IMG/VR virus record: IMGVR_UViG_3300021400_001366
Location: 64,001 to 128,000 of that record
DNA from: a virus
Lineage: Duplodnaviria > Caudoviricetes
Length of the DNA: 64,000 nt
Direction: 5' to 3' (one strand)
Below are positions 39,636 through 50,505 of the stretch, piece by piece (the stretch's first letter is position 1; each line of letters opens with the position of its first letter). The position numbers and the translations under genes were made by a program. The notes beneath the pieces were generated by a model. That model had not been told where the DNA came from and did no database searches. It saw only the letters and a list, made by a program, of their open reading frames with translations.

Positions 39636-42600
39636 ACCATTCTTTGTATTCGGTAATGAGTTTCTGGGTTTCTTCTTTATAACTCTTTATGTCGATAGCA
39701 CCTTCGCGGACTTTCTTTTTCAGAGCGTCGCTTAGACCAACAGAATCGGCTTTCTGCATGTAGTAGTCAGATGCTTGCTGTTGGATTGCTATCTCATTAT
39801 ATGTCGCTGCAATCTGCTTTTCAGTTGCAGTTAAGCGCTGGGCGAGTGTGCGAAATGAACTTTCGGCTACACGGCTGAGATTCGTGATCTCGCGCTCGAT
39901 TCGTTCAATCGCAACCTCAATCCAATCAAAGGTGTTATCTTCGGACTTTTTGTCTTTCTTCTTTGTTGAACTTGAGCTTTTGTTCTTTCGTGAACTTGAT
40001 GATGAAGATGTTGATTTCTTTGTTGTCGTGTTTTGAAATTTACCACTGGCTGTAGTGTTACTTGCAGAAGCAGTTCGTTTGCTACCAGTAGTATCTTCGA
40101 CCAATGCAAAAGCATTACCACTGGCATAAGCAGAGTCATCGCCAATAATAAGACCACGACCACCATTAGAACGGACACGGCCAGTCCTCAATAGTTCATC
40201 GGTTTGTGAAGCATTGAAGATAATGTCGCCATTCTGATAGTCAAAGAATTCAGCACCATTGTCGCCAATCGTGAACCATCGGCCATTCCTAACGACGAGT
40301 TCTCTACCGACCTCACCTCCCAATGTACCCATCGGGAAAGCGTTGCCTGTGGCCTTTGCGCTCTGGGTTACGGTTGTATCGCTACCAACATATTTTCGGG
40401 TATAGATTACCGTACCATTTAGCGTAGGCGCGGAAATGCCAGAGAAGTTAGCAGAGTAATTAACTGTTGCACTCTTATTCTTTGGTCTATATGCATCAAC
40501 CGCTCTTGTGTTTGGGTTATAAACAACTTCACAATCAGTAGATGACAAGTCGGCTATTTTCGCCATAGCCAAAGAAGTATCGGCATCAATTTCTACATCT
40601 GGAATATCACCAGAAGCAAATGTCTGTTCGGCTACATTTGAAAGTGCCGTCTGGAAAGCGGTAGCAGCTTCTTGCAGGTCTGCGGCGGCTACCGACGTTT
40701 GATTAGTGTCGAGCGGGTCAGCCTCATTCGCAGCTTGCATTGCAGAAGCCAAATTACTGTATGCATTAGATAAAGCGTTGATAAAGCCAGCGCCAACGTT
40801 AGCTTTGTTCGCAGCATCAACCAGGGCGCTAACACCTTTACCTGCTGATTGAATGGTTGACATATCAATCGGTATCGCTGTGCTTTGTGTCTGATTCTGT
40901 CTTGCAACAAGCTCTTCAATGGTCGAGTATTGACTTGCTAATCCTTCATCAATTCCCCATTCCCAACCCTCAGCAATAGAAGATTTAGTTTCTTCGACGA
41001 CTTCCTGTACATCATCAAGGGTATCTATAGCTTTATCTGCACCAGACTGAAGGCTATCATCAACTAGCATGGGGATAGAATATTCTCCATGCTCTTTCTG
41101 ATACTCGGCTATCTCTTCATCACTTAGTTCGCGCGGATCGACAGTGCCACCATCGCCAAATTCAAACTTGGTTTTAAACGTGACGGTGTAATCGCCATCC
41201 TCAATCGCTTGGATCTGTGTTTCCGCAGTACCATCAGTGCTTGTTTTTACTTTAGCAGAATAATCACCGTCAGTTATCGTCGTTATGACAGGCGTTGCTT
41301 CATCTGTGGCAGACAGCGTTATAGTCTTTGATGAACTATCAGGCGCATCAACAATCTTTTGAAGTTCGGCAACAGTCGCATTACCGGCAGTGGTTACAGC
41401 GGCCTTGATATTAGCGTCAATATTCGGATTGGCATTGATAGTGTCAATCGCCTTTTGTATCTCGGCAATTTTACCAGCGGCATCTTCCGGATCACTAACA
41501 TGTAATTCAAACGAACCCGACTGTCCATTCTCCCCGTTCTCTCCTTCTTTATAACCCAAAGAAGAGATCAAGCTGCTTAAATCCTCATATTGACCTTCAA
41601 GGACAACCGGAATAGTTATACCATTAGATGTGAGTGTCGCTATAACACTTTGCAGTTCTGAAATCTTATCCAGCGCTTGATCTATTGTAAGAGTCTCAGT
41701 TCCAGCATCCGATACTGCATCTGAATAACTCTTTATGGCTTCTTCTGCTTCGTTTATTTGCTTAGTCTGTTTAGCAAATTCATCAACAGTAATATCGCCA
41801 CTGGTCAAATCTTCCTTCAGCTTCGTTTTTGCTTCATCGAGCGCCTGTACCGCAGAATCTATATCAGTTACATGCTTATCAAGACCTTCGCCAACTCCCT
41901 CTAGGTTTACATCGAATCCGAAATCCTTCAGCTTGCGCATTATGATTTCAAGACCCTCTGTAGAGATACCTAACTGTTTCGCAACTTCGTCAGCGTTGAA
42001 ATCAAGATTCCAAACACCGTTTTCGTCCATACTAGCCCAACTTGAATTGAGCTTATTGATGTCGTTCAAGAAGTTTTCAACGCCGGTTTGACCATCTTTG
42101 AAGTAGCGCTCCATCTTAGGATAAGCCTTGTCGTATATAGCAACAAGCTCATCGGCAGACATGCCAGAAACATCTTCATTGGTCATCAGACCTACAGCGG
42201 CACGGAACTTGTTTGTACCGATTAATCCCTCATCATATAACTCCTTAATGTTTTTAAGGTTCGAGGTGATGTCATCGTACATGTCTCCCTCTTCGCCCAT
42301 ACTCTGCGCGTTCTTCCATTTATTGTAGGCAGAAGTCAGACCGTTGTATTGGGCGGCAAGAGCCTGTGTGCTATTAATAAGGTCGGCTATATCGTTGCGT
42401 TGTTTATAAAGGTCGCTGGTATCGGTTGCTTTATCTGCGTTATTTATCTGATCGGTTAAGTCGTTATACTGATTAACCAAATCTTGTAAATAACTGTCAA
42501 TATTTGACTTAGTTAGATTCTCATATGTAGATTCTAACCTAGACAACTCTTGTGCATTAAGATGAATACCATTGGCAGTTACTTCAAATAGCTTTGACGC

Positions 42601-43992
42601 ATCAAAATTAGCACCAGCTAAGTCTTTATATCTATTGGTTAATGCACCGATTGATTCTTCGCCTAGTCCAGTTTGAGCGACAGATTCCTTGATAGCATCC
42701 AGGACGCTCTTCATGCCAGTCTGTTCTTCGGCAAAATCAACTTCCAGCGCTATTGGTTCTTCCGCTATTTGATCCTCTAATAACTTTTTCCAATCCTCAA
42801 AAGAATAACTTGCGCTTGCTTCATCGAGAGAAGCAGTATACACAACATTCAATTCTTCCCCGGAAAGAGAATTAAGCCAACTTTGGAACTCGGAGTACGC
42901 TTTGCGACTTAAACCACGTCTATCGGCAGCTTTTCCAAAAGTATCAAAAATAGACTGACGCTTGTCTGCGTTGCTTTGTTGAATAGCCCAACCTGCGAAA
43001 TCTGACGAACTTGATAGATACTGAGTAACCTGGTCACGAATATCGGATTCGGTTATCATGCCGTCAAGTATTGCGGCCTTTAGACGGGGCGAGTTTTGAA
43101 GTAATCCGACCAGTTTATCTTGATATGCGTTATAATCATCAAGAGAATTAATCTGTAGCTTGCTCAGTTCATCATTGGTTTGTGACTGTGCGTTAATTTC
43201 TGCTAATAAGGCAGACTGTGCCGCATCACGCTGCGTTGACACGTATTTGTCGAAATAGTCATACGCCTTTTGCAGATTGCTATAGATCGAACTTCCACGA
43301 TAATCAGGGAACTCGTTCCTGATGTCCCTCATCATCCTGCTAACTAAAGCAAGTTGTTCTTGAGCACCTGTCAGAGCATTGCCAGCTTCATCTATTGATG
43401 TATTTAGATATAGATTATCATCTAGTGGTCTTGTTAATAAGTTATTGCTATAACCATTTCTATGAAGGATTTGTTCGACTTCTTTTTCCCGAATACGACC
43501 AAGATTAGAAAGGCCATATGTCGTATTAAAACCTAAAAGACCTATGTCAGTATCGCCAACAGCAAGGCCAGAGCTATCACGCGCAGATGTGTATGCAGCA
43601 GAAGCAGATTCAGCGACGCGCTGCGCTTCTATTTCTTGTATTTCACGGAGTTTTCCAAGCTCTGTATCAAGGTTTCCATTAACTAGATCGAGAGCGCCAG
43701 CTTGTTCGCCAACAATACCAACGATTTGTTGTTGTATATCAGCAATTTGTGAACGTGTTTCCGAATCATCTTGTCCACTGGCTTTTAGTTCTCGGTATTT
43801 TTCTACCAAAGAATCTACCTGCTCAGACTGTTCTCTGGTTGAAGCTACATTTTCTTGCGCTGTTTTCGCCAATTCGCGTGCGGCATCAGATGCTTCTTTT
43901 GCGCGACCTAAATATTTTGAATATAACTCAAGTCCTTTTGAAATACCTGCGGCAGCTAAACCGATACCGCCAGCTTTCAGTACACCCAATAT
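39636..43992 (-). CDS. Tape measure protein, exon 2
   Basis: Long helical ORF with no convincing RBS of its own; begins ILGVLKAGG at the 3' splice site. Confidence 0.88.
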
Positions 43993-44032
43993 CAAACTGC
44001 AACAATATACACGCTTGAAATGTATATTGTAA

Positions 44033-44061
44033 TTGACTCAAGTTAAAATATATGCTATAAT
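44033..44061 (+). promoter_or_regulatory. Sigma-A promoter of the intron cargo gene
   Basis: TTGACT-17-TATAAT with extended TG. Confidence 0.8.
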
Positions 44062-44083
44062 AGATTAGCGAGGTGATAAGCAA

Positions 44084-44410
44084 ATGAATGTAAATGCTGG
44101 ATACTTTTGGGGTGGAGTCGCAATTGTCAACACGCTCATAGGGATTTTGTGTATGGGAGTAGCACAAGAGAAGGGATATAGCGCTGGGCATTTTATGTAT
44201 GGCCTTCTCCTTGGTATCTTCGGCTTATTATATTGTGTCGGATTGCCAGACAAGATACTGAGAGAAAGTATTGAAGCTCTCGTCGCTAACCAGTCATCTA
44301 GCAATAAAAGTGAGAAATCTCAACAATGGAAATGCCAGAAGTGCGGTTCACTAAACGATAGTTCTTATATGTTCTGTAGCAGATGTGGAACTAGAGCGCC
44401 AAGTGAATGA
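44084..44410 (+). CDS. Intron-borne moron: two-TM membrane protein with C-terminal RanBP2-type zinc finger
   Basis: GAGGTG RBS; two hydrophobic helices; WKCQKCGSLNDSSYMFCSRCG = W-x-C-x2-C-x3-N-x6-C-x2-C. Confidence 0.85.
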   Translation: MNVNAGYFWGGVAIVNTLIGILCMGVAQEKGYSAGHFMYGLLLGIFGLLYCVGLPDKILRESIEALVANQSSSNKSEKSQQWKCQKCGSLNDSSYMFCSRCGTRAPSE

Positions 44411-44414
44411 AACG

Positions 44415-44443
44415 GGGGAGTCCTTCTAGGACTCTCCTTTTTT
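44415..44443 (+). terminator. Cargo-gene terminator (GGGGAGTC-N7-GACTCyCC palindrome, copy 3)
   Basis: ggggagtc-cttctag-gactctcc followed by T6. Confidence 0.8.
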
Positions 44444-44873
44444 ATGAGAAAATTACATTCGATCATTATTCGCACATTATACTTCAAGCATAGTAGGGAA
44501 GTGCATCCCGCTATTTCTTATACACCGGTTAGCACACCGATTTGATCTTTTACCTCGGCTATTCCTACTGCCGAGTACAGTTTGGCCTATACATTCACGA
44601 CTATTGCCGTGTGGGTTGGTAGTCTCTGAACCTTCCCGTATTCGCATCGGGATGTGGCTGCTGATAGTTCCACGAGTTATTATATGTAGGTTTACTCGTG
44701 GTTCGTCCCAGTCTAATGGTAGGAAATCACCCCTACCAATTAACCCATTTTTCTTAGCCCCTCTTGACCATCAAGCGAATTTTAAGATGATCTCGTTCGT
44801 GTTACCATTAGTTAAAGGCTTCGCGGGCATATTCTCCATAGTATAATTTGGATTGGAACTGATTAATTAGTTC

Positions 44874-47102
44874 ACCCGCGCCAGATTTTAGTCCTAGTAT
44901 TCCTGAAATTACTGTAAGCAGAGCTGGTAATGCTCCAACTTTGCTAATTATTTTGTCTAGTTGTCCGATTAATGATGTTCCAGAATCAACAAGACCTTTT
45001 AGGAAGTCTGATGAAATAACTGTATTAGCTAGTGCTTGCCAGGACGCCTTAAAAGAATCGATCTTACCCTGAAGAGAAGCCATATACTTCTCCTGCTCAG
45101 CACTTGCAGTTCCAGCGGCATTATATGCTGCTTCGGTAGCCTTTTCAACTTGAGCGAAGTTCTGGATTAAAGCGGCAATCGCTGCTGATCTATTTTTACC
45201 TGCAATAATCTCAAGCAGAGAAGCCCTCTCTGTGTCCGAAAGGTCATAGTAAATAGTGGCAATTTCCTTGGTTATATCATAAATATTTTTAAAGTTGCCA
45301 TCATCATCGAAGATGTTTACTTTACCATGAGTAAGATTTAGGATTTGAGTCTGAATCTTAGAGATTGAATCAACGTTATCATCAACCTCTTCGCCAAGTT
45401 CTTCAAGCTTACCCTTCATCCCTCGGATTCGTAGTGTATATATTTTAAGTGCTTGACCAGAAACGGAGCTATTTTGCATAACTTCGTTGATACCGGTAAA
45501 CATACCAGCAGCCTCTTCAATAGAAGCGCCACCTTCCTGAAGAACGGCAGCGGATTTACTTAGACCGTCACCAACATCAGCAGCGGACTCGGCAAACTCG
45601 TTTCCCAACTTGTCGTAAATATCAGCTATACGATTTACGGCAGCGGAAACATCTCCACCACTCTGTTCTAGCAGTGTTTTCTCGAAACCCTTATAAGCAG
45701 TTACCAGATTCTTTGTTGCGGTTTGCACATCAAGGTCTGTAACGTGCTGATACATGGCTGTAATCTCGGCAAGTTCTTGCGCGTCATTAGGTGAGAATCC
45801 TAGTTTCACCCAGCTTGTAGTACCATCGATTATATCAGTCAATGTAGCACCGTATTCTTTTGCGGATGAAACCATCTCAGAATACATTTGACCATACTGT
45901 GCTTCGGTTAGGTTCGTAACTCTTCGCAGACCAGTCATAGAAGTATCAACAGCTAATACTTCTTTCGACATTTCCTTTAACAGTTGGACGCCTTTACGAA
46001 TAACCTGGGTAACATCGACAACGCCAACAATGTTCTTAAAAGAATCCATCAAACTCTTACCGAGTGATGTGCCGGTTTTGCCAGCAGCTTCCGCATTTAT
46101 TGTAATCTGCTTGAATTCATCATTAAGCACTTTGAGTTGCGCGGTTGATAGCGTACCATTTGAGGACATTTCCTTAATTCTATCAATTATCCCCTGAATG
46201 GCATCACCATAATCTTTCGCGGCGCGATTATTATTCTGCAGCCATTGCACCATCTTGTTTGTAGATGTGCTGGCTTGCAGAGCTGTTGCCATGCTCTTAG
46301 ATTCGATAGCTACGGTTGACAGAGTGTTCTTGACACGGTTCAATACCTGTTCATATCGCTCGTAGTTTGTAGAAAGATTTGCCGCCTGTGCCGAATCATT
46401 CATATCAGACTGTAGACGATAAAGTTCTAGAATATCTGTTTGAATAACGGATAAACTAGCATGACCAGTAGTAGATAACTTTTCGTATTCGGAATATACT
46501 TTAGCTATTGCATTATCGATTTCGCCACTCGCCAAAGAGTTATTAATCGCGTTATTCAGGTCGTTTTGCATCCGATTAGCTGTATCAGATACTTTAGCGC
46601 CTAGTTCGGCAATCTTGGCAGCAGACGTATTTGCAATATCGCCCATCCGGGTCGTTTGATCCGCGTTTAAGCCACCTCTAATAGACTGTTGAACAGTCGC
46701 TTGCAGAGTCCTAAGTTCCGCTATCCGCGTATTTAAGGCCGCAATCTGCTGAGCATTGCCGTTTTGTCTCAAAGCAGGTAGCTTTTCATTGGCCCTATTT
46801 AGTTCATTAGTGATCTTTAACAGTCTGCTAAACGAATTTGCATATGCATCGGCTTGGCGTTGACCGCCACGGTTGCCACCGCCACCGCCGCCTCCACCAT
46901 TGCCGCCACCAAACGGATTGATGTTCATGTTAGCAAGGTTTTGTAGGCGCTGTTCTATATTTGTAAGCTGTCTATCAAAAGAAGCAATATCAAGTGTCAG
47001 CTTGATCGGCCTCTGCTGATTCAACAGACCATTCATCTTCTGGTCAAATTGTGAGGTATCTAGTTCAGCTAGTATTTTTGCTTTAAAAAGTTCATTCGCC
47101 AT
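44874..47102 (-). CDS. Tape measure protein, exon 1 (spliced join of four exons = 2868 aa)
   Basis: TP901-type TMP core (VDTSMT.LRRVT, D.YDKLGN.FA, GQALK..TLRIRG, IAGKNR). Confidence 0.92.
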
Positions 47103-47149
47103 TTAATCATCCTTTCCAGCAATCATTAAATGGCTGAACCATAAGATTG

Positions 47150-48196
47150 CTAAATTTTATCAAGCGTAGTTGGTTGAACACGCTTTATACCAATCGCTCC
47201 GAAATACTTTTCAAAGCGATCATCCTTATCAGTATCATCGTATCTAGTAACCATATCAGCACTTTCCCAGCCGATAAGGTCTTGAATAACCTGAGTAGGT
47301 ATACCATATGAAACTAACTTTGTATTGAAGAAATGCCTTAGACTGTGCCAGTAAAAAGGTTTACCTAAAAACTCGCTAAACTCATGCACCCACGAATCAA
47401 GCGTTGATATAGTCGCCTGTTCATCTAGCCATTTGCCACGCACACACTTCGGGAAAAGCCATTGGCTGTTAATTCCTAAACGTCTGCGCTCTTTAATCCA
47501 TAAGTCTAAATACGGCTGGAACGGAGCGGCCAGAGTATACAGCGTTAACGGTTTACCTTCTTCACCTTTACCCTTCGTCTGAACCATCTCAGGTGTTCGA
47601 TATAGCGCACCGTCGCAGATCATGAACTGAGGTCTGAAATACCCAATCTTAAATCTAAGCAATTCAGCCTTTCGTCTGCCGCTATTCATGGCTAAAGATA
47701 TGACACACGCTTTCATAAACTCGCCGTTGTCCACCAGATGCTTCATCAGCCGTTCAAGTTCTTCTTCTTGAAAGACCGACTTTTCTCTGACCGGTTTGTC
47801 AACCGGCGATTCGATCTTGCTGACAATCGGCCTGAAGTCCTCAAATTCATCATCGAGTATGTTTGCGACGTAGTTACCTAGAGATGCAAGGGTTGCTTTT
47901 ACTGTACGCAACCGTCTGGATGACCAGCCCCATATATTTATGGCATGTGTTTGAAACTTCACAAGTTCGCGCTTCTTCAAGTCAACATAGAATTTGTTGC
48001 TATTAAATTCAAGGTTCCAGCACCAGAACACATGTAGATTCGCTTTATATTGTTTGATCGTTTCCTTGGACTTATTGGCAGAAGCCAGATACTCCAGGAA
48101 ATCTTTTTCAAGTTCAAGGTTCTTTGGATTGACCTTTTTCATCTTTTCTTTAGATGTTATATTATTGTATACAGTTGTTCTCTGTTCTCCCACCAT
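47150..48196 (-). CDS. Tyrosine recombinase in the tail module
   Basis: SGRRKAEL, KGKG, HSLRH, IGW, RY catalytic set. Confidence 0.9.
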   Translation of the reverse strand: MVGEQRTTVYNNITSKEKMKKVNPKNLELEKDFLEYLASANKSKETIKQYKANLHVFWCWNLEFNSNKFYVDLKKRELVKFQTHAINIWGWSSRRLRTVKATLASLGNYVANILDDEFEDFRPIVSKIESPVDKPVREKSVFQEEELERLMKHLVDNGEFMKACVISLAMNSGRRKAELLRFKIGYFRPQFMICDGALYRTPEMVQTKGKGEEGKPLTLYTLAAPFQPYLDLWIKERRRLGINSQWLFPKCVRGKWLDEQATISTLDSWVHEFSEFLGKPFYWHSLRHFFNTKLVSYGIPTQVIQDLIGWESADMVTRYDDTDKDDRFEKYFGAIGIKRVQPTTLDKI

Positions 48197-48214
48197 ATCA
48201 CTTCCTTTTTGTTA

Positions 48215-48243
48215 TTGATTTCTGGTGCTTGTTGTGCGATAAT
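48215..48243 (+). promoter_or_regulatory. Candidate promoter for the antisense moron
   Basis: TTGATT-17-GATAAT with extended TG. Confidence 0.45.
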
Positions 48244-48264
48244 AAAATAGGGGTGCATAAAGGT

Positions 48265-48834
48265 ATGAGTGATAAACTAAGTATTATCAGTATAGTAGTT
48301 AGTGCCATATCACTAATGCTATCAGTGGCATTAGCTGTTATCCATGAAAAAGAAAAGCGAGTGCAAATTCAGGTAGATTCAGCTAAAATAATACCTGAAT
48401 CGCTAAAGCCAGAAGTCGGCAAAGATTTGTTCTTTCTTGATGTTGTTTTAACTAACAAATCATCAGTAATGCTATCTATCAAATCTTGTAAAATTGAATA
48501 CCGTGGTCGGATTGTTGCCAAAAGCGATCTGTATGAATTACTTGTGCTTGGGAACCCGGCGACACAGCAAGTCGTTCGAGTAGCCACAGAGTTACCATGT
48601 CAGGTTGCTCCTTATTGCTCAATACGAGTGGTTTTACAATTCCGTGTGCGGAGTACCACCCAAGCACTGTTTTCTGCTCTTCAACCTCGTCAGGATCATA
48701 GTCTACCCCATGAAAACGTCGTTCTTCACTTTGACACTTCTCGCGGCCAATTTCATGTCTGCCATGACGTTTCTTTGTTATCTTTGCAAAGATGGAAGAA
48801 AGAAATTTACTCATATAATTTTATGCTCCACTAA
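48265..48834 (+). CDS. Antisense moron: N-terminally membrane-anchored hypothetical protein
   Basis: Sole + strand gene between tail genes; TM LSIISIVVSAISLMLSVALAVI. Confidence 0.7.
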   Translation: MSDKLSIISIVVSAISLMLSVALAVIHEKEKRVQIQVDSAKIIPESLKPEVGKDLFFLDVVLTNKSSVMLSIKSCKIEYRGRIVAKSDLYELLVLGNPATQQVVRVATELPCQVAPYCSIRVVLQFRVRSTTQALFSALQPRQDHSLPHENVVLHFDTSRGQFHVCHDVSLLSLQRWKKEIYSYNFMLH

Positions 48835-48836
48835 TA

Positions 48837-49268
48837 CTACTTACTAAAAAATTGACCAAACGTAGTGCTGGCAGTTTTCTCCATCTTCTGCTGTGCTCTT
48901 TCCCAGAATCCCTTTTTGCCAACGGTAGGATGTGCTGCGCGTCCACCACTTGTAGTCCACGGCGCACCATAGTTGGCAAGCATCAAGACTTGCTCCATAC
49001 CAGGATTATCGCCGGTTGTATACTGATGACTTGTGTCAAGATATGCTTCAAATGATGCTGTGTTGCCGCTTGCGGAAACAGCGGTGGTACGGGGAGTATC
49101 GCCTAACGCGCCAGTGCGTTGGTACATAACTGGATTGCCACCGCCATAGTAATCGCCGGCTTCCTCGTACATATCACCTTCGACCTGAGCTTGAACAACG
49201 CTAAGCGCCTTTCTCATTTCAGCCTGTAAAGCCTTTTCCAGTTCGCCAAGGCTACTAATTGTTCTCAT
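48837..49268 (-). CDS. HK97 gp10-like tail completion protein
   Basis: P.MYQRTG.L...KGFWE pattern; position. Confidence 0.55.
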   Translation of the reverse strand: MRTISSLGELEKALQAEMRKALSVVQAQVEGDMYEEAGDYYGGGNPVMYQRTGALGDTPRTTAVSASGNTASFEAYLDTSHQYTTGDNPGMEQVLMLANYGAPWTTSGGRAAHPTVGKKGFWERAQQKMEKTASTTFGQFFSK

Positions 49269-49941
49269 TTACATCATCTACTTTACTTTTGTGACCAGCT
49301 ATAAAACTGCCGAGAGGCGAAATATTCCGTAGTTCTTCAATAACCTCGTCAGTCGGTTCCTCAACAGGCAGCTCCACTACTGCTGTGGCAGGATCTTCAA
49401 CCTTATCCGAAATATCTTCCTTTGTCTCTATCTCTTCATCTGGCTTTTCAGCGACAACTTCCTTGAAGCGTTCGCTCTCGCCATACTTCTCAATCAGTTT
49501 ATCAACGTCGCCATTCTTTACTGTTGTAACAAGCTCGTTTACATCGACAGCGCCGATTTCAGCAAGTAGCTTATTGAATTGAACCTTCAGGATGTCAATG
49601 ATATTTCCAACCGAGTGCTTGCGATATTCAACAATCTCCTGAGCATCGCGGTAAGCATTGGCAAAAGACGTATCAATGCGATCAGCAATTAGCGCTGCGT
49701 TGAACTCGTCAATAAATTCATCATCTGCCGCAAGCTGTTCGACCTGTGAAAGATCAATGAAGTCATGTGGAAGCACACCGTCGAATTTGCTGATTCGGAC
49801 GCACATATTATAAAAAACCCGCATTGCGTTCAAAATACCGTAATGTGGGCGATAGTTTCCTTCTTCGTCAAAATATTCGTTGGCAATTTCCTGAACCGCT
49901 GCAACGTACTCATACAGATTCAGCTTAGTATTAACAGTCAT
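49255..49941 (-). CDS. Hypothetical protein
   Basis: 228 aa ORF in late operon. Confidence 0.7.
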   Translation of the reverse strand: MTVNTKLNLYEYVAAVQEIANEYFDEEGNYRPHYGILNAMRVFYNMCVRISKFDGVLPHDFIDLSQVEQLAADDEFIDEFNAALIADRIDTSFANAYRDAQEIVEYRKHSVGNIIDILKVQFNKLLAEIGAVDVNELVTTVKNGDVDKLIEKYGESERFKEVVAEKPDEEIETKEDISDKVEDPATAVVELPVEEPTDEVIEELRNISPLGSFIAGHKSKVDDVNENN

Positions 49942-49953
49942 ATTGGTTCTCCT

Positions 49954-50505
49954 TTAATTCTTGTTTTGAGTTAGATGTTTTGTTTTAGCTATAAGATCAC
50001 CAATGTCATATCTGTAGTGAGTGATCTTTTTCGTCTGTGGGATAATGAAATATCGTATGCTGTACTTGTCTAAATCTGAAAATGAAAATGACTTTTTATC
50101 TATACTTTTTGCAAGTTTTATGAACTCGGCTATCTCTAAAAAGATAGTTTTCTCTAGCTCACGAAATTCGATCACAAAGCCGCATATAGTACCTTGGTAT
50201 TCATCCCACTTTTTCAGACCTAGTATTTGATGAAGATGGATTTCACCTCTATCTTCTTTGCTGCGTTCAAATGAAATGGATTTGCCATGTACGGTTTTCA
50301 ACTCAAGAGCATACAGATTTCTATTGTTATCATCCCACATTATATAGTCGAATGGATTCTTCAAAGTGAAACGCAAATTATCATTGCCGCCAAACGAATT
50401 AGCGGAATCTGAAACTCTGTGAAGTAAAACTCCTTCTGGCACATTTGCCTTTACATCGTTCTCGAAACGTTTGCCAGCGTTCACTTTGGTTTTGTTTCCA
50501 TCCAC
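49954..50505 (-). CDS. recU: RecU-like Holliday junction resolvase
   Basis: NAGKRFE, PFDY, ALELKT, HQI.GL. Confidence 0.75.
   Translation of the reverse strand: MDGNKTKVNAGKRFENDVKANVPEGVLLHRVSDSANSFGGNDNLRFTLKNPFDYIMWDDNNRNLYALELKTVHGKSISFERSKEDRGEIHLHQILGLKKWDEYQGTICGFVIEFRELEKTIFLEIAEFIKLAKSIDKKSFSFSDLDKYSIRYFIIPQTKKITHYRYDIGDLIAKTKHLTQNKN

Larger units (their letters stand above)
43993..44873 (-). ncRNA. Group I intron TMP-I1 (881 nt) carrying an antisense cargo gene in P9
   Basis: P1 cgcgggt|..gcccgcg; P10 aatat/atatt; P3 tgggtt/aaccca; ATCAGCAG; CAGAGACTA; long-range aaactgta/tgcagttt pairing next to terminal G43993. Confidence 0.82.

Noticed and set aside
39336-39735. ORFs 39336..39617(-) and 39463..39735(+)
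   Set aside because: Shadows of intron TMP-I2
44604-44846. 80-aa + strand ORF as a second cargo gene
   Set aside because: Antisense to the ribozyme core, downstream of the cargo terminator, no RBS
43993-44873. IStron interpretation of TMP-I1
   Set aside because: No transposase or TnpB ORF or remnant is visible, and the cargo is antisense and membrane-type
46870-46912. GGC/GGT-rich repeat
   Set aside because: Encodes a poly-Gly linker in TMP; not a DNA-level repeat element
36973-47102. Fragmented TMP, dnaE and lysins as pseudogenes or assembly errors
   Set aside because: Each gap has group I core motifs, and predicted splicing restores the frame exactly
47112-47123. ATTGCTGGAAAG on - strand matching the intron P element
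   Set aside because: No Q, R or S partners nearby and it overlaps the TMP SD; probably coincidental
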